A stretch of 64,000 nt of DNA. Source: Macrostomum hystrix. Lineage: Eukaryota; Animalia; Platyhelminthes. Of this stretch, positions 34,597-52,700 are shown piece after piece. Below the pieces are notes generated by a model. That model made no database searches and was not told the origin of the DNA. It saw only the letters and a program-made list of their open reading frames with translations. Numbering within the stretch: position 1 is the stretch's first letter; the number at the start of each line of letters is the position of its first letter. Both the position numbers and the translations under genes were made by a program. The stretch is from the NCBI GenBank assembly GCA_950097015.1, contig CATNEN010000010.1, positions 3,038,001 to 3,102,000 of the forward strand. Reading direction: 5' to 3'.

Positions 34597-35044
34597 GGTA
34601 CCTGGACACTTCGTCATCTTACAACTTCGTCATCCAGATGACGATCTGTCCAATACCTCAGAGGGTGGATGACGAAGAGACTTAGAATTGTGGACACTTC
34701 GTCATCTATAAAACAAAAGTTTTCAAAGTTAGAACAGAACCACCCCTCCCCACCTCCTCACATAGTGTTGGCATTGGCACCTTTCTTTCAACTCTTATAA
34801 TGAAATCAGTTTTGACACCTCTTTTTGGCATTTTAAGAAGTGAAGTGTGTTCACACCTCTGCCCCACCACCCCACCCTCACTTTATTGATGACGAACTTA
34901 ATTGATTATTTGTTATTAGTAGATGACGAACTGACCAAACTTTAAAGCATGCCAATTGGCAGGATGACGAAGTGTCCTACCTTCCAAGTGGATGACGAAG
35001 TTGTAAGATGACGAAGTTGTAAGATGACGAAGTGTCTAGGATCC
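34597..35044. mobile_element. MULE-type MITE with GATGACGAAG repeats and an 8-9-bp TSD
   Basis: TIR GG(TA/AT)CCT(G/A)GACACTTCGTCATCTTACAACTTCGTCATC. (C)GTAAATCA is duplicated on both sides. Confidence 0.85.
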
Positions 35045-37616
35045 GTAAATCAAGCCTAGCTTGATATACTGACTTTATTTGTACTAATTCGATTAGAAAC
35101 ATGATAAATGAATATTACAATGAAAGTCGAAGGGAAGGGTGTTAGGTTGGTAGGTCTACGCTCTAGTTCTACACTAAATTAAGTTGAGTGGGTAAAAACT
35201 TGCGGTGTCTTGGAAAATTGCAATCCTTTGAAATATTAAAATGCAGCATGATAAAACAAAGTAGTTTCATTTAATTTATTACAATAAGCCAAATAAAATT
35301 ACGAAGAGTTAGAACAATAATTTTTTTAGTAAATAATAGTAGCGTTGCTTTAAATGAAAGTACACGAATGATTTATTTCTTGGTTTGATTTTTTTTATTT
35401 GATATTTTTCATCTAACTGTGCTGAATCTAGATGACTAAATCTAGGTCCTGGAAGGTCTTAGTAGTCGTTGAACGTTTTTAGTGCCCGTTCCAGTTCCCA
35501 AGAATACATGAAACGAAAGTAAATAAAGCAAAGTCACAAAACTGCGAGTCAAAAGGTTTTAAACGACAAGCAAAACAGCCAAAGAAACATATTCCATTAA
35601 AAATATAATTTTAACAATATTATATTCTTTTTGCTGAGATCTAGCCCCATTATTTTTTTAAAAGCCAGATTTTTACGCTTTTACTACGTTTTCGCTGCTA
35701 TTGAGTGCAGCGAATTTTAAGTGTCAAGTAAATTTTTTAAACCTATAATTTAAATATAATTTACAAATTTCATGTTCAATAATAGGCCTACAGTTGAAGT
35801 AAATATAGCTAGAAAAGAAAAATGATTATCTTTTAATATTAGAAAAAATATAAATTACTACTGCCTCACTGTTACTGTAGACTGTTGCAGTCTGTTTGGT
35901 GTTTACATGAATGAGTTAAAAACAAATGTAAAGATCAAAGAGAAAGAAAGAGTAAATAAAAAAATCATTTATTTGATGTATCTTTTTCAGCATTCCAGAT
36001 CTCACCATTGTGTATGTGGTTGTCTATTACACCTAACTGCCAGGCTAATTCAACAAAATCTTCTCACTCAAAGGCTGCAATAATCCAACCTTTGTTAACA
36101 TTGCTGATCTTGTCATTTTTGTATTGTTTACTATCTGGCTTATCATTTTTAAGTAATTAGCATCCTCTTTGCCATCCTCCTCCATCAGATTGTCTGTGTC
36201 TTCTGAATTTGGTGGAGTCAACAAACCAATTTCAGATTTTTTCTTTTGAAACTGAGCATATCTTTTTAAAGATATTCTTGGTCAAGTGAGTAACTTATAG
36301 CTAAATGTTTTGACAATAGAGCATTGTATAAGTTTTTTAATTGCTGTCTCCTTTTAGACTTCTTATTGATTTTCTTTTTAGTTGGCTCGATTTCGCCATA
36401 ATTCAGACAAAAAAGGCAAGTTTGAATTAAACAGGCTTTGTGTCTTTTGAAAGGGTGCTTGTTTTTTTAGTAAGCGCTGATCATAGGTTAAAGTGTCTGA
36501 ATTTAATTCTACTTGTTTCTAGAATTGTAATCAGATCAAAATTGAACATTAAAAAGTTTAGTAAGTAAACATAGCCAATGAAATTCAAGTCAATCATTAG
36601 TTTTTAATTATTTTTTATCCTCTGAGCTCTTAGGGCCTATAATAGACAGTCAAAATTGATAGCTACAGTGATAAAGGACTAGCACAACTTAGAATCATGA
36701 GCTTTCAATAGCAATAATTAGCTATTTACTATCTTGTTCTACTACTGCTACTATTTTTTAATCTTCTGTTATATTCTAGTAGTTAGTCTAGTCTAGTAGT
36801 AGTAGTCTAGTAGCAAACAATATTGTAGATTGCATATAAAGTAAGAATTTTATATTAAAAAATAGCATATTATATAAATATATACTTGGATACTTGGAAA
36901 TTGGATACTTGGATTTTCAGATCTTAAGAGTCAGTAAAACAGAAAATGCAATAAGAATAAGTTACAACTTCACACTTTTAAGTGGTTTTTTAAGTTAGTC
37001 TGATTTGTATGTCAACTTCCAACTACTAACTTGTAGTTGGAAGTTGCTTCTTAAATATAGGAATGTTGTTATCCTTTGTAAATTCAGTAATTTTTGTATT
37101 CAGTGATATTATATATTATTTCAAGAGCCTATGAACATATTGATGCACCCCAGGCTAGAATCTAAGGCATAAAATTTTATGTATTGTTATGGCTAGCTAT
37201 GACTTCACTTGAGCTTTAAATGATCACAATCTATGCTAGCAACTACAGAAAAAACTGATTCCACTTGCTATAGCCACAAATTGAAGCCATTTAAGTCAAC
37301 TATTTAGTAGTTCTTGGTCTTGATTAGCAAATTAAATTTATGTGAGAAGGTACAGAAAGTGCAGTATTTATTTTATTTAAGTTCTATTCTATTTCTATCA
37401 ATTTATTCTATTCTATCTAAGTATTTAAAAGATCTATTGACCTCACTTTACAATGGCTCAATTTCTTATTGAATAACATTCAGGAATTTCAATCTATATA
37501 TATATTTCAGCATTTAAAATTGTAAAAAAATACAGACTAAACTGAGGCAGTCAATTTAGCAAAATCATTTCCAAACAGATAGCTAAGCCTTAAAGTTTGC
37601 TGAGCTGCCTTCATTC

Positions 37617-43835
<6,219 letters not shown>

Positions 43836-45529
43836 GCTTGAGGAGAGCCACTTAATTACAGCCCAGATTCTGTATGCGTGCCCGCAGACTCTGACACGTG
43901 CCGGCTATCGATTGCTTCTATCTATTGTTATAATTTATAAGAAATTATTATTACGATACTTATTCTCTTTAAATGTAACAATTAGCAACTGTTTAACTCC
44001 CTAGCAACTGACTCACCTGCCAGGCTTTTTTGGTTTATTATTTTACTAGTTTTGAATTGGCGCCGAAAAGCGTTAATGTGAGTACGAATTTTTCGACAGC
44101 AAAAATGGCTAGAATTGGCGTCAAATTCAAAATTAGCTAATAAAAATTGTTGACTTTCTAAAGGTTTTTACTGTCTGTTGTCCAACAAATTATTTTTACA
44201 CCAGACTATAATTTTTTTCTCTCAATTTGTTATTCACCAACCCCAGTGTTCCCAGCGTCTATGTAGAATTCTGATTTCCCTACTCTCTGCTAATTATGTG
44301 TGTTTAATTACCTCCACGCCAGTAGTACATGTAGCATATCCGCTTATTTCCTATTTTCCTATTCTGTGCAATAAATGAGACATTTTCCAAAATTTTATAT
44401 TGAAACCATTGTTCTAGGAAACAACGACGCAACAATTATTATCCCAACCAGCTTAGCCTATACCCAATGCATACTACTGCTTCGCCGCATAGGACAGTAG
44501 CATAGTGCGTGTTGTTGCTTTTCTCATTTTCGTCAACATTTTTTACCATTAAGGGGCGCTGATTTTTCTCTCACTCTAGTCAGTCAGCTGCTGCTTTGTG
44601 TGCGCAATGCTGATACCACTGGTGTTTTACTGCAACTCTTATTAATATTGCCTACACTTAACTGAATGTTTTAATGAGTAAGATTTCACCTTCGCTGTCT
44701 TACTGCCGCTGCTTTGTTGCTGGCCTACCATTTGCTTTTCCAGCTATTTTCAAAGTCTGTATTGTGTTTCTGTTCACTTGTTTATAAGAATTTGTGAAAT
44801 TTTTTACCTTTCGATTACAAATTTAATTAGCACCGTCTTAATTATGAAGCGATTTTGTGAGAATTTGCGCGAACCGTCGCGTCACTAGCCCTGCAGTAGC
44901 ATGTACCGCAAATCGCTATAGATATATAAATTCAATAGATAGAAATCTATAGATTTATATGTGCTGGGGTAAGTTTACGGCCCCGTAACCAAGGCACACC
45001 TGCGGTTGCTATGCCGGGCTAGTGGAACAGTCGCCACTTTTCGCTGGCTTATCTAAGAGCACCTGCACGGGATGATGGAATCTCCGCTTTTTACGCTTTT
45101 TTGCCGCTTTTGCCCGCCCCGCTGCTTCGCTGTTTTTTTCTGTTGTCGGCCCCATTCGCCCTGACCCCCTGTTTGTTCCAGCTGCTCTGCGCATGCGAAG
45201 TCTTGCTGGGTGCGACCACCCGGCACTGATCCACATACATACATAATAACTATTACTACTAATAATATACGCATAGACCATCTAAGTGCTCATGAATTTA
45301 GACACTAAGATACAAAAATTATCTATAGTTTAAGCTCTTTGCCTTTGGCTCTACTCATTTTGCGTCTATCTATTCTGTGGTTCAACATTTTGTTTATGTA
45401 CAAACTTCAGCAGAAAAAATAGCGAAAATCATGAGCGCATGTACAGCATAAGTCAGGGTGCAAGTCAGTGTTAAAAAAGGCTCATTTAAACTGTTTTTGG
45501 TCGGTTGCTAGGCGGTCGCCAAGCCAGCC

Positions 45530-45763
45530 TCAGCACATCGCAGTGCCGTCCATAGCGTTGATGGCACAGAACAGCGGCAGCAGGACGCCCTGGTGCAGCA
45601 AGTCAACGAAGGCAGCGCAGGGCCCGCAGCAGGCCTTGGTCGGCAGCAGCAGCAGGAAGATGGGGAACAGAAGGAAGGCCACGGGCCAGGCCAGCAGGAT
45701 CAGCACCAGCAGCCACAGGAAGGTCCACAGGCAGGACAGGCAGTCGGCTCTGTTGCGGCACAT
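45530..45763 (-). CDS. Small Cys-rich hydrophobic membrane protein, 77 aa, uncharacterised
   Basis: MCRNRADCLSCLWTFLWLLVLILLAWPVAFLLFPIFLLLLPTKACCGPC...LPLFCAINAMDGTAMC*. Strong GC3 bias, ACAATG context and a likely 5'UTR intron (~45821-45892, GTATGT...TTACAG). Confidence 0.7.
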   Translation of the reverse strand: MCRNRADCLSCLWTFLWLLVLILLAWPVAFLLFPIFLLLLPTKACCGPCAAFVDLLHQGVLLPLFCAINAMDGTAMC

Positions 45764-46758
45764 TGTTGCGGCGGCTGTTTTAGCTGCTTGGCGGCTGGGC
45801 TCGAGTTCTGTGCTCCACCTGTAAGGTGGACTGAGCTTTGACAATATAATCGGAGGCGGCCCCTGTTTGCTGAGCTGCAGAGCAAACATACTGGCCTCAT
45901 CTCTGCCAGTTCATCATGGCAACCGAGTGCGCTGAGAACAACTAAACAGCCGCCCCCACCGCTGTCCAGCTGTGCTATTTATTTGCTTTTATTTGAACAA
46001 GAAATCTCAAGATTTGAGCAGAAGTCGATCTCCGAAGTGAGTCTTGTTCTAGTTGGCCCTTTGATGGTCGTTAAGTTATAAATATTAATGTCTAAGACGA
46101 CAATGCTCATTATGCAGAGCATGAGTAGTCATTGTAGTGCTTTGATTTTTCTTCGAATGAAAGGAAATCAAGCAAAGTAGCAGAAAGTGATTTTATATTC
46201 TCTGCTCACTTTTTCGCAGTCAATTAGATCTAGCAAGCGGTTTCATTGTGCAAATCCGAACTTTATTTAGCATAAAATATGACTTTGCGATAGCTTTTAA
46301 CAATTTACAGAATAAAAACCAGGTACTACTCATCATTAAACTGACAGTAGTACATGCTGTTAAAACACGAAATAGAAAATAAATAGCAGAATGAACCTAG
46401 CAAAATAAGCCACAAGAAAAGCAAACACTTCCTCTGAAAGCGCCGTCTATTTAGAGCTAGGTGATCTAGCCAAGTGATTTATATTCGCAGGCAATGGAAT
46501 AATCTATTTTGAGTCCACGAGTTTCTTAATTCCAATTAACAGCAGTTTGACTCGTCACCACAAAAAGTGAGAAATACTATGAATTTGAAGTTACCCTGAT
46601 ACATCTCTTAGACAAATTCCATAAAAGTCTGAAGTAAAAGTACACACGAATTGCGCAACGCAAAATTGAATCTACAGAAGGCTTTTATCAAACATTTTTT
46701 TATTTTTCTTAGCGCGAAATTAAAATACGAGTACATTTCCTAGAAATTCGACGCTACG

Positions 46759-49700
46759 TCAGAGAGCGAACGGCCTGGAATCGATGAAGTCGCATCGGCT
46801 GTCAATGATAAGGTCGGCCAGCATGCGTCCGGTGGCCGGGCCATTCAGGATGCCCCAGCAACTGTGCCCGGCAGCCACGAATGCGTTATGCCGGCCGGGC
46901 GCCCGGCCAATCAGAGGCAGGTTGCGCTCGGCCAGGGGCAAGTAGCAGGCCTGGCTGGCCAATATGCGGCCCCTGGCCAGCCGGTCCGAGCAGGCCGCTG
47001 CCAGGCACCAGAGCCGGTCGCTGCGGCCCTGGTCCGGAGTCACCTGTCAATCAGTCACGGGGCGCAGGGTTGGCAGGAAGCACAGGACTGGCAACACAGT
47101 AAGCTGCCCCTATAAAAACTTTTGTCTTTTACAATCCTTCTCTAGGCTGTAATAACGATTCCACGGGCCTTAGCTACTACGGTCCTAAAGGCCGTAGCAA
47201 TGATCCCACAAGCATAAGCGACGATTCCACAAGCAGTAGAAACGATCACGCAGGCCATAGCAACGATCCCAGAGACCATAGCAACAATCCCAGAGGCTAA
47301 AAGCAACTATCCCAGAGGCGATAGCAACCATCCCAGATGTCATAGCAACCATCCCAGAGGCTAAAAGCAACCATCCCAGAGGCCATAGCAACCATCCCAG
47401 ATGTCATAGCAACGATCCCAGAGGCCATAGCAACCATCCCAGAGGCCATAGCAACCATCCCATAGGCCATAGCAACCATCCCAAAGGCCATAGCAACCAT
47501 CCAGAGGCCATAGCAACCATCCCACAGGCCATAGTAGCCATCCGTCAGGCCATAGCAACCGCCAAACAAAACCAATACGCAACTAACCAAATCGGCGGAC
47601 TCCGGCAGTGGCGGATCGTCGCCCAGGCCGCACACGTAGACGGTGCCGTCCGGCCGGGGGTAAAACTCTGGCGACGCCCGGCCGGCGTCCATTTGGGTGA
47701 ACAGGGCGTGCGGAGACACTGGCTCGGCCGGCTGCACAACCAGTGAGTGAGCCCGGTGGCCTCGCACCTGCCCAGGCGGCTGGCCCAGCCAGGCGAGCCC
47801 GACGTCGGTCCAGGGCCCCATGGCCAGCACCGCGGCGGAGCAGGGCACCGGCGGGCCACCGCCAGCGACCAGGACGTGGCTGACGCGCAGATGGCCAGTG
47901 TCCGGATCCGGCTCGGAGGAATACTGCAGGCCCGTCACCGTGGCGATGCGGACCTGGGCGTGGCAATTGATCATTCGCATTAGGAGCATTGGTCATTCGC
48001 ACCAGAAGTATTGTTCATTCGTATTAAAGTATTGGTCATTCGTATTAAAGTATTGGTCATTCGTATTAAAGTATTGGTTATTCGTATTAAAGTACGAGGA
48101 CTGTCCCAAAAGTAGTGTTACTTTTTGTTATGTTAGAAGTCAAGGCGAGTGTGTGCGAGCTACGAAACGCTTAAAGCCAGCGATGGGCAGAGAGCCGATA
48201 TATATATTATTGTTTAGTCAAGTGCAGTGAGCAATGTACATTGTACGCGTCAATGGGGGACTGGGGGGCAGGTGCACTGAGAGAGAAAGAGAAAGACTGC
48301 ACATCGGCTAGCCAGCATCGATCATTACACAACACCTCCTTACATTGAAAAGTACGAATATAATGGCACGAAAAGAGTAGAACGAATATAGTAGCACGAA
48401 TGGAGTCGCACGAAAACAGTTGAATGGGGAAAAATAAAAACATTGAAATATTTTACGATCATATGGAACAATACAATATTAATGTTGAAAAATATCATTT
48501 TAGACCGTTTGTTAAATCGCACGCTTGAGCAGCAAAGGCAACACATCAACTTCTGCCATACCTCCTTTCACCAAAATTATAGGAACTTAAAAAGAGCTTC
48601 CAGTTCATTTAAATTCAGTCAACAGTCATTTTTCACTCAAAAGTTCACCACGAGGCCTGGTACCTCTGCGGCTGATGGACAAGTCGACCTCGCTTGGTCC
48701 GGAACCCAGAGTCGTCCGAGCTTGAGCACGGTTGCACAGATGCCGGCTCCTCAGCTGGCTGCACTGGCTCTGCAGGCTGCTCTGTCGCCGGTTGCACGGC
48801 CGGTTGCACGGCCGGTTGCACGGCCGGTTGCACGGGTGCCTGCTGGTCGTCCGCCTCCGACAGATTGACATCCTCATCAGCCACTGGGTAGCTTTCATGG
48901 AATGGCACGCCGATCTCACGTGGCCTGATAAACCGCCGGTTGCGCCTGAGCAGCTGGCCCGACTCCGTGCGAAGCCAGTACGACCGCGGGCTGCCGTCCA
49001 CCTCGCTGTCGACCTCGGCAGCCACCCAGTTCCGACGATCGCACTGAAGCCAGACTGGCTCGCCGACCTCCAAGCGTCGAAGTGCGCGCGCACCGCGGTT
49101 GTAGAGCTGAGCTGCCCGGGTCCGCTCCTTCTGGAATGCTTCGATGCTGGCATGCACGTAGGTCTCCCGAGGCCGCAGATCTTGCACCGTTGTCGGCAGG
49201 TCGCACCGCAGTTTCCGGCCAAACGCCATTTCCGCCGGGCTGGGGAAGCCGCTGCCGACCGGCGTGTTGCGATAGTGCAAAAGGGCCAGTGCCAGGCTCT
49301 GTCCAGTCTCCTGGCACTTCTTCATAATATTCTTGGCAGTCTGCACATATCGCTCTGCTTTGCCGTTGGACTGCGGGTAGGCCGGACTCGATGTCCGGTG
49401 CTCCACTTGAAATCTGTTCATGAACTGGCGGAACTCTCCTGCGGTGAACTGCGGCCCGTTGTCACTGATGAGCTTCTCTGGCACTCCAAAGTTCTGGAAA
49501 TGGTCTTGGAGCACCTGAACTACTGCCAGGCTTGTTGTCGACCGCAGGCGGGTGATGCTCATCCAGTGGCTGTAGGCGTCTACGTACACCAGGTGCGCAG
49601 CGCCACGGAACTCGAACAAGTCGGTCGAGCAGACTTGGAACGGAAACTCGGGCATTTCAACGATCATCAAAGTCTCCTTTGACTGGGCCTTCATGTTACG

Positions 49701-52700
49701 CTGGCAGGCCTCGCACTGGCTGACAGTTCGCTCGATGCAGGTGCGCAGATGCAGATGCAGCTCCGTGATGATCGAGTCGTACGCCTCGTCGTGCTGATGC
49801 GTCCAGCTCCAAATGACGTCTTTCTTGAGCAGGTGTCTAAGCGGCTCTGCAGTAGCGGAAAGATGAGGACAAAACTTGGCCAGGTAAGTCACACAGCCGA
49901 GAAATCGCCTTAGCTGCTCCTTCTTCGAAGTGAGACCTTCAACATCATTCGGCCGGATCATTTCTTTGATGGCTTTGACCTTCATTGGATCTGCTCGCAA
50001 CCCTTCCGAGCTGAGCACATCGCCTAGGTAGTTGAGCTCTTGGACACCGACTCGCATCTTCTGTGGGTTCAGTGTCACCTTGGCACGCTTGCACTGCTCC
50101 AGGAGCTCTCGCACAGCTTGGTCGTGCTCCTCGACTGTTCTTCCCCACACGATGATGTCGTCAAAGAAGTTCTTAGAGTTTCTCACGTTGTTTGTGACGT
50201 TTTCTTCCATTCTCTTCTGGAAGACCTCGGGAATGGATGAGAGACCGTATGGAACTCGTTTCCAGCGATATCGGCCGAACGGGGTGTGGAACGTGGTCAG
50301 GAAGGAGCTTTCATCATCGAGTTTTAGTTGGTGAAAGCTCTCGTTCGCATCGAATGAGCTGTACAGGATGGCTCCAGCAGTCGCAGCTCGAACTTCCTCG
50401 GCGGTGGGGATCGGGTGGTACTCTCTGATGATGAACCTGTTCAGGTAGGTCGGATCTAGATACAGTCGCATCGAGCCGTCCTTCTTCCACACGATGGCCA
50501 CATTGGAGACCCACTGCGTCGGTTCGTCGACTCGCGCGATCGTTCCTTCCTTCTCCAGTCTCTCCAGCTCGCACTTCAGAGGTTGATACGCAGCAAATGG
50601 CACCTTGCGAGGAGGCTGCACTTTAGGCACTGCGTTGTCCGACAGTTGAATGGTGTATGGCTGCTTCATGCAACCAACGCCGTTGAATACTTCTGGGAAG
50701 CTGGCCTTTAACTGGCTGGAGTTCAGTTCCGATAACTGCTGCTTGCTCACCTTGCTGATGCTGCTTAGACTCTGCTGCAACGAGAACAGCTTCTTGACCA
50801 GCTGCAGCTCCTCAATCGCTGACTTCCAGCCGATGATGGGCGTGGAGTTCTCGCCGACAACAACAAACTGCAGTCGGGCATTCTTCCGGCAGGGCGAAGA
50901 CACAGTCAAGTACGTGATGCCGACCACGTCCAGCAGCTGCTTGTTGTACGTTGTCAGAGTCCAAGATGTCGGCTCAATCGATGCTGCAGGGGCGAGCTGG
51001 ATCAGCCGTTTCAGAGGGATCACGTTGACGTCCGCACCGGTGTCCACCTTGAACTGCAGCTTTCTTCCAGAGTCCGTGACAGTCAGGCACACCATCATCG
51101 CCGAGCTGTCGGTTTGCGCCTTGGTTCGAGCACCTGGCTGCTCCACGGTCATGATTGCTGCAGCCGGGCCATCACCTGCGGACTCGGTCTCGGTGTTCTC
51201 CACCAGCTCGTTGACCTTCTTAGCTGAGCGGCACACGGACGAGAAATGGTTTGCGCGACCACAGTTATTGCAGGTCTTACCGAATGCCGGGCACTTGCGC
51301 CGCTCATGCTGCTGTCCGCAGAAGCCGCAGCTGCGAGCCGACTTGGCATTGCTGGCGGTCTGCGACCGGCTGGTTCGGCCTTGAACTGCCTCGACGGACG
51401 CTGGCGCGGGTGCAGGCGTTGCTCGGCTGATCTGCGCTGTGGCCAGGGTCCGAGCCTGCCGCTTCGAAGTCTCCGACGCTCGACCCATCTGGATGGCGCG
51501 GTCCAGCGTCAGCTTTGTCTCGCGGAGAAGCCTCTCCCTCAGAGCTGGGTCGTTCGCACCGATGACGATCTGATCTCGAATGACGCTGTTCTCGATGGTC
51601 TCCTTGTTCGCTGGCTCGCTGTAGTTGCATCGCTTGATGAGCTGGCGAAGTGAGCCGACGAATTGGTCGAAGTCCTCAGCTTCTCCTTGCACTCTTGTTC
51701 GAAGCTGGTAGCGCTCAAAGGTCTCATTCGACAGAGGCTCGCAGTACTCTTGGAACGCACTCTTTACAGCTGCGTACGTTGCTACTTGGTCTGCAGGAAA
51801 CGTGGAGAATACGTCCTGTCCATCGGATCCCAGCGCGGTCAGGAGAACAGCGATCTTCACTTCTTCACTTTCTTCAGTCCTCTTCGTAGCTTTCATGTAG
51901 AAATCAAATGCACTGATCCATCGCCTCCAGTTGTCTGCCCTATTGGTGTCAAAAATCATGGGCTCTGGCGGCCTCAATCCATCCATGCTGGCTCGCTAGA
52001 AAGTTTAGACTTGCGACGTCATGTTATGTTAGAAGTCAAGGCAAGTGTGTGCGAGCTACGAAACGCTTAAAGCCAGCGATGGGCAGAGAGCCGATGTATA
52101 TATTATTGTTTAGTCAAGTGCAGTGAGCAATGTACATTGTACGCGTCAATGGGGGACTGGGGGGCAGGTGCACTGAGAGAGAAAGAGAAAGACTGCACAT
52201 CGGCTAGCCAGCATCGATCATTACACAACACTTTTGATTATATCTTTTGTTCTGATGGTTCAAATAACGTGATTTTACACAGTCTTATAGCGGCAAGTCT
52301 CTTCTTTATATTAATTCAAATCTTTTTTTCTAACAGACTAGGGAAATAGAAGTTATCAACGAAAAACTAACAGGACCTCAAACATAGACTTACAGTAAAT
52401 CAACAAGCAAGCAAAAATGACCAACAGTTGAGTGGTTGCGAATATGAAGTTTTCTCGTAGCAATTGAAACGCTCCTCTGCACTCGTCGGTGGGAATGCTT
52501 GACTTCTCAACGTAGTCACCGCCGAGCTGAAGGCATTTTTGCCACCGACTGAACAAACCGTCAATAGCGTTGGCAAAACTCTCGCGTGGAATTTTGTGGA
52601 GCAGGACATTCCGCACTGCCTGTTCGAGGTTGTCACGGTTCTCATGAACTTTACCTCGCAGATGCGACTTCATTAGTGGAAATAAGGCGAAATCTGCTGG

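Noticed and set aside
36000-36450. Lys/acidic-rich broken reading frames on the minus strand
   Set aside because: Probably a transposon relic, but no family motif could be supported.
48694-51653. Numerous plus-strand ORFs over the Gypsy and other GC-rich CDSs
   Set aside because: They are antisense shadows of GC3-rich coding sequence.
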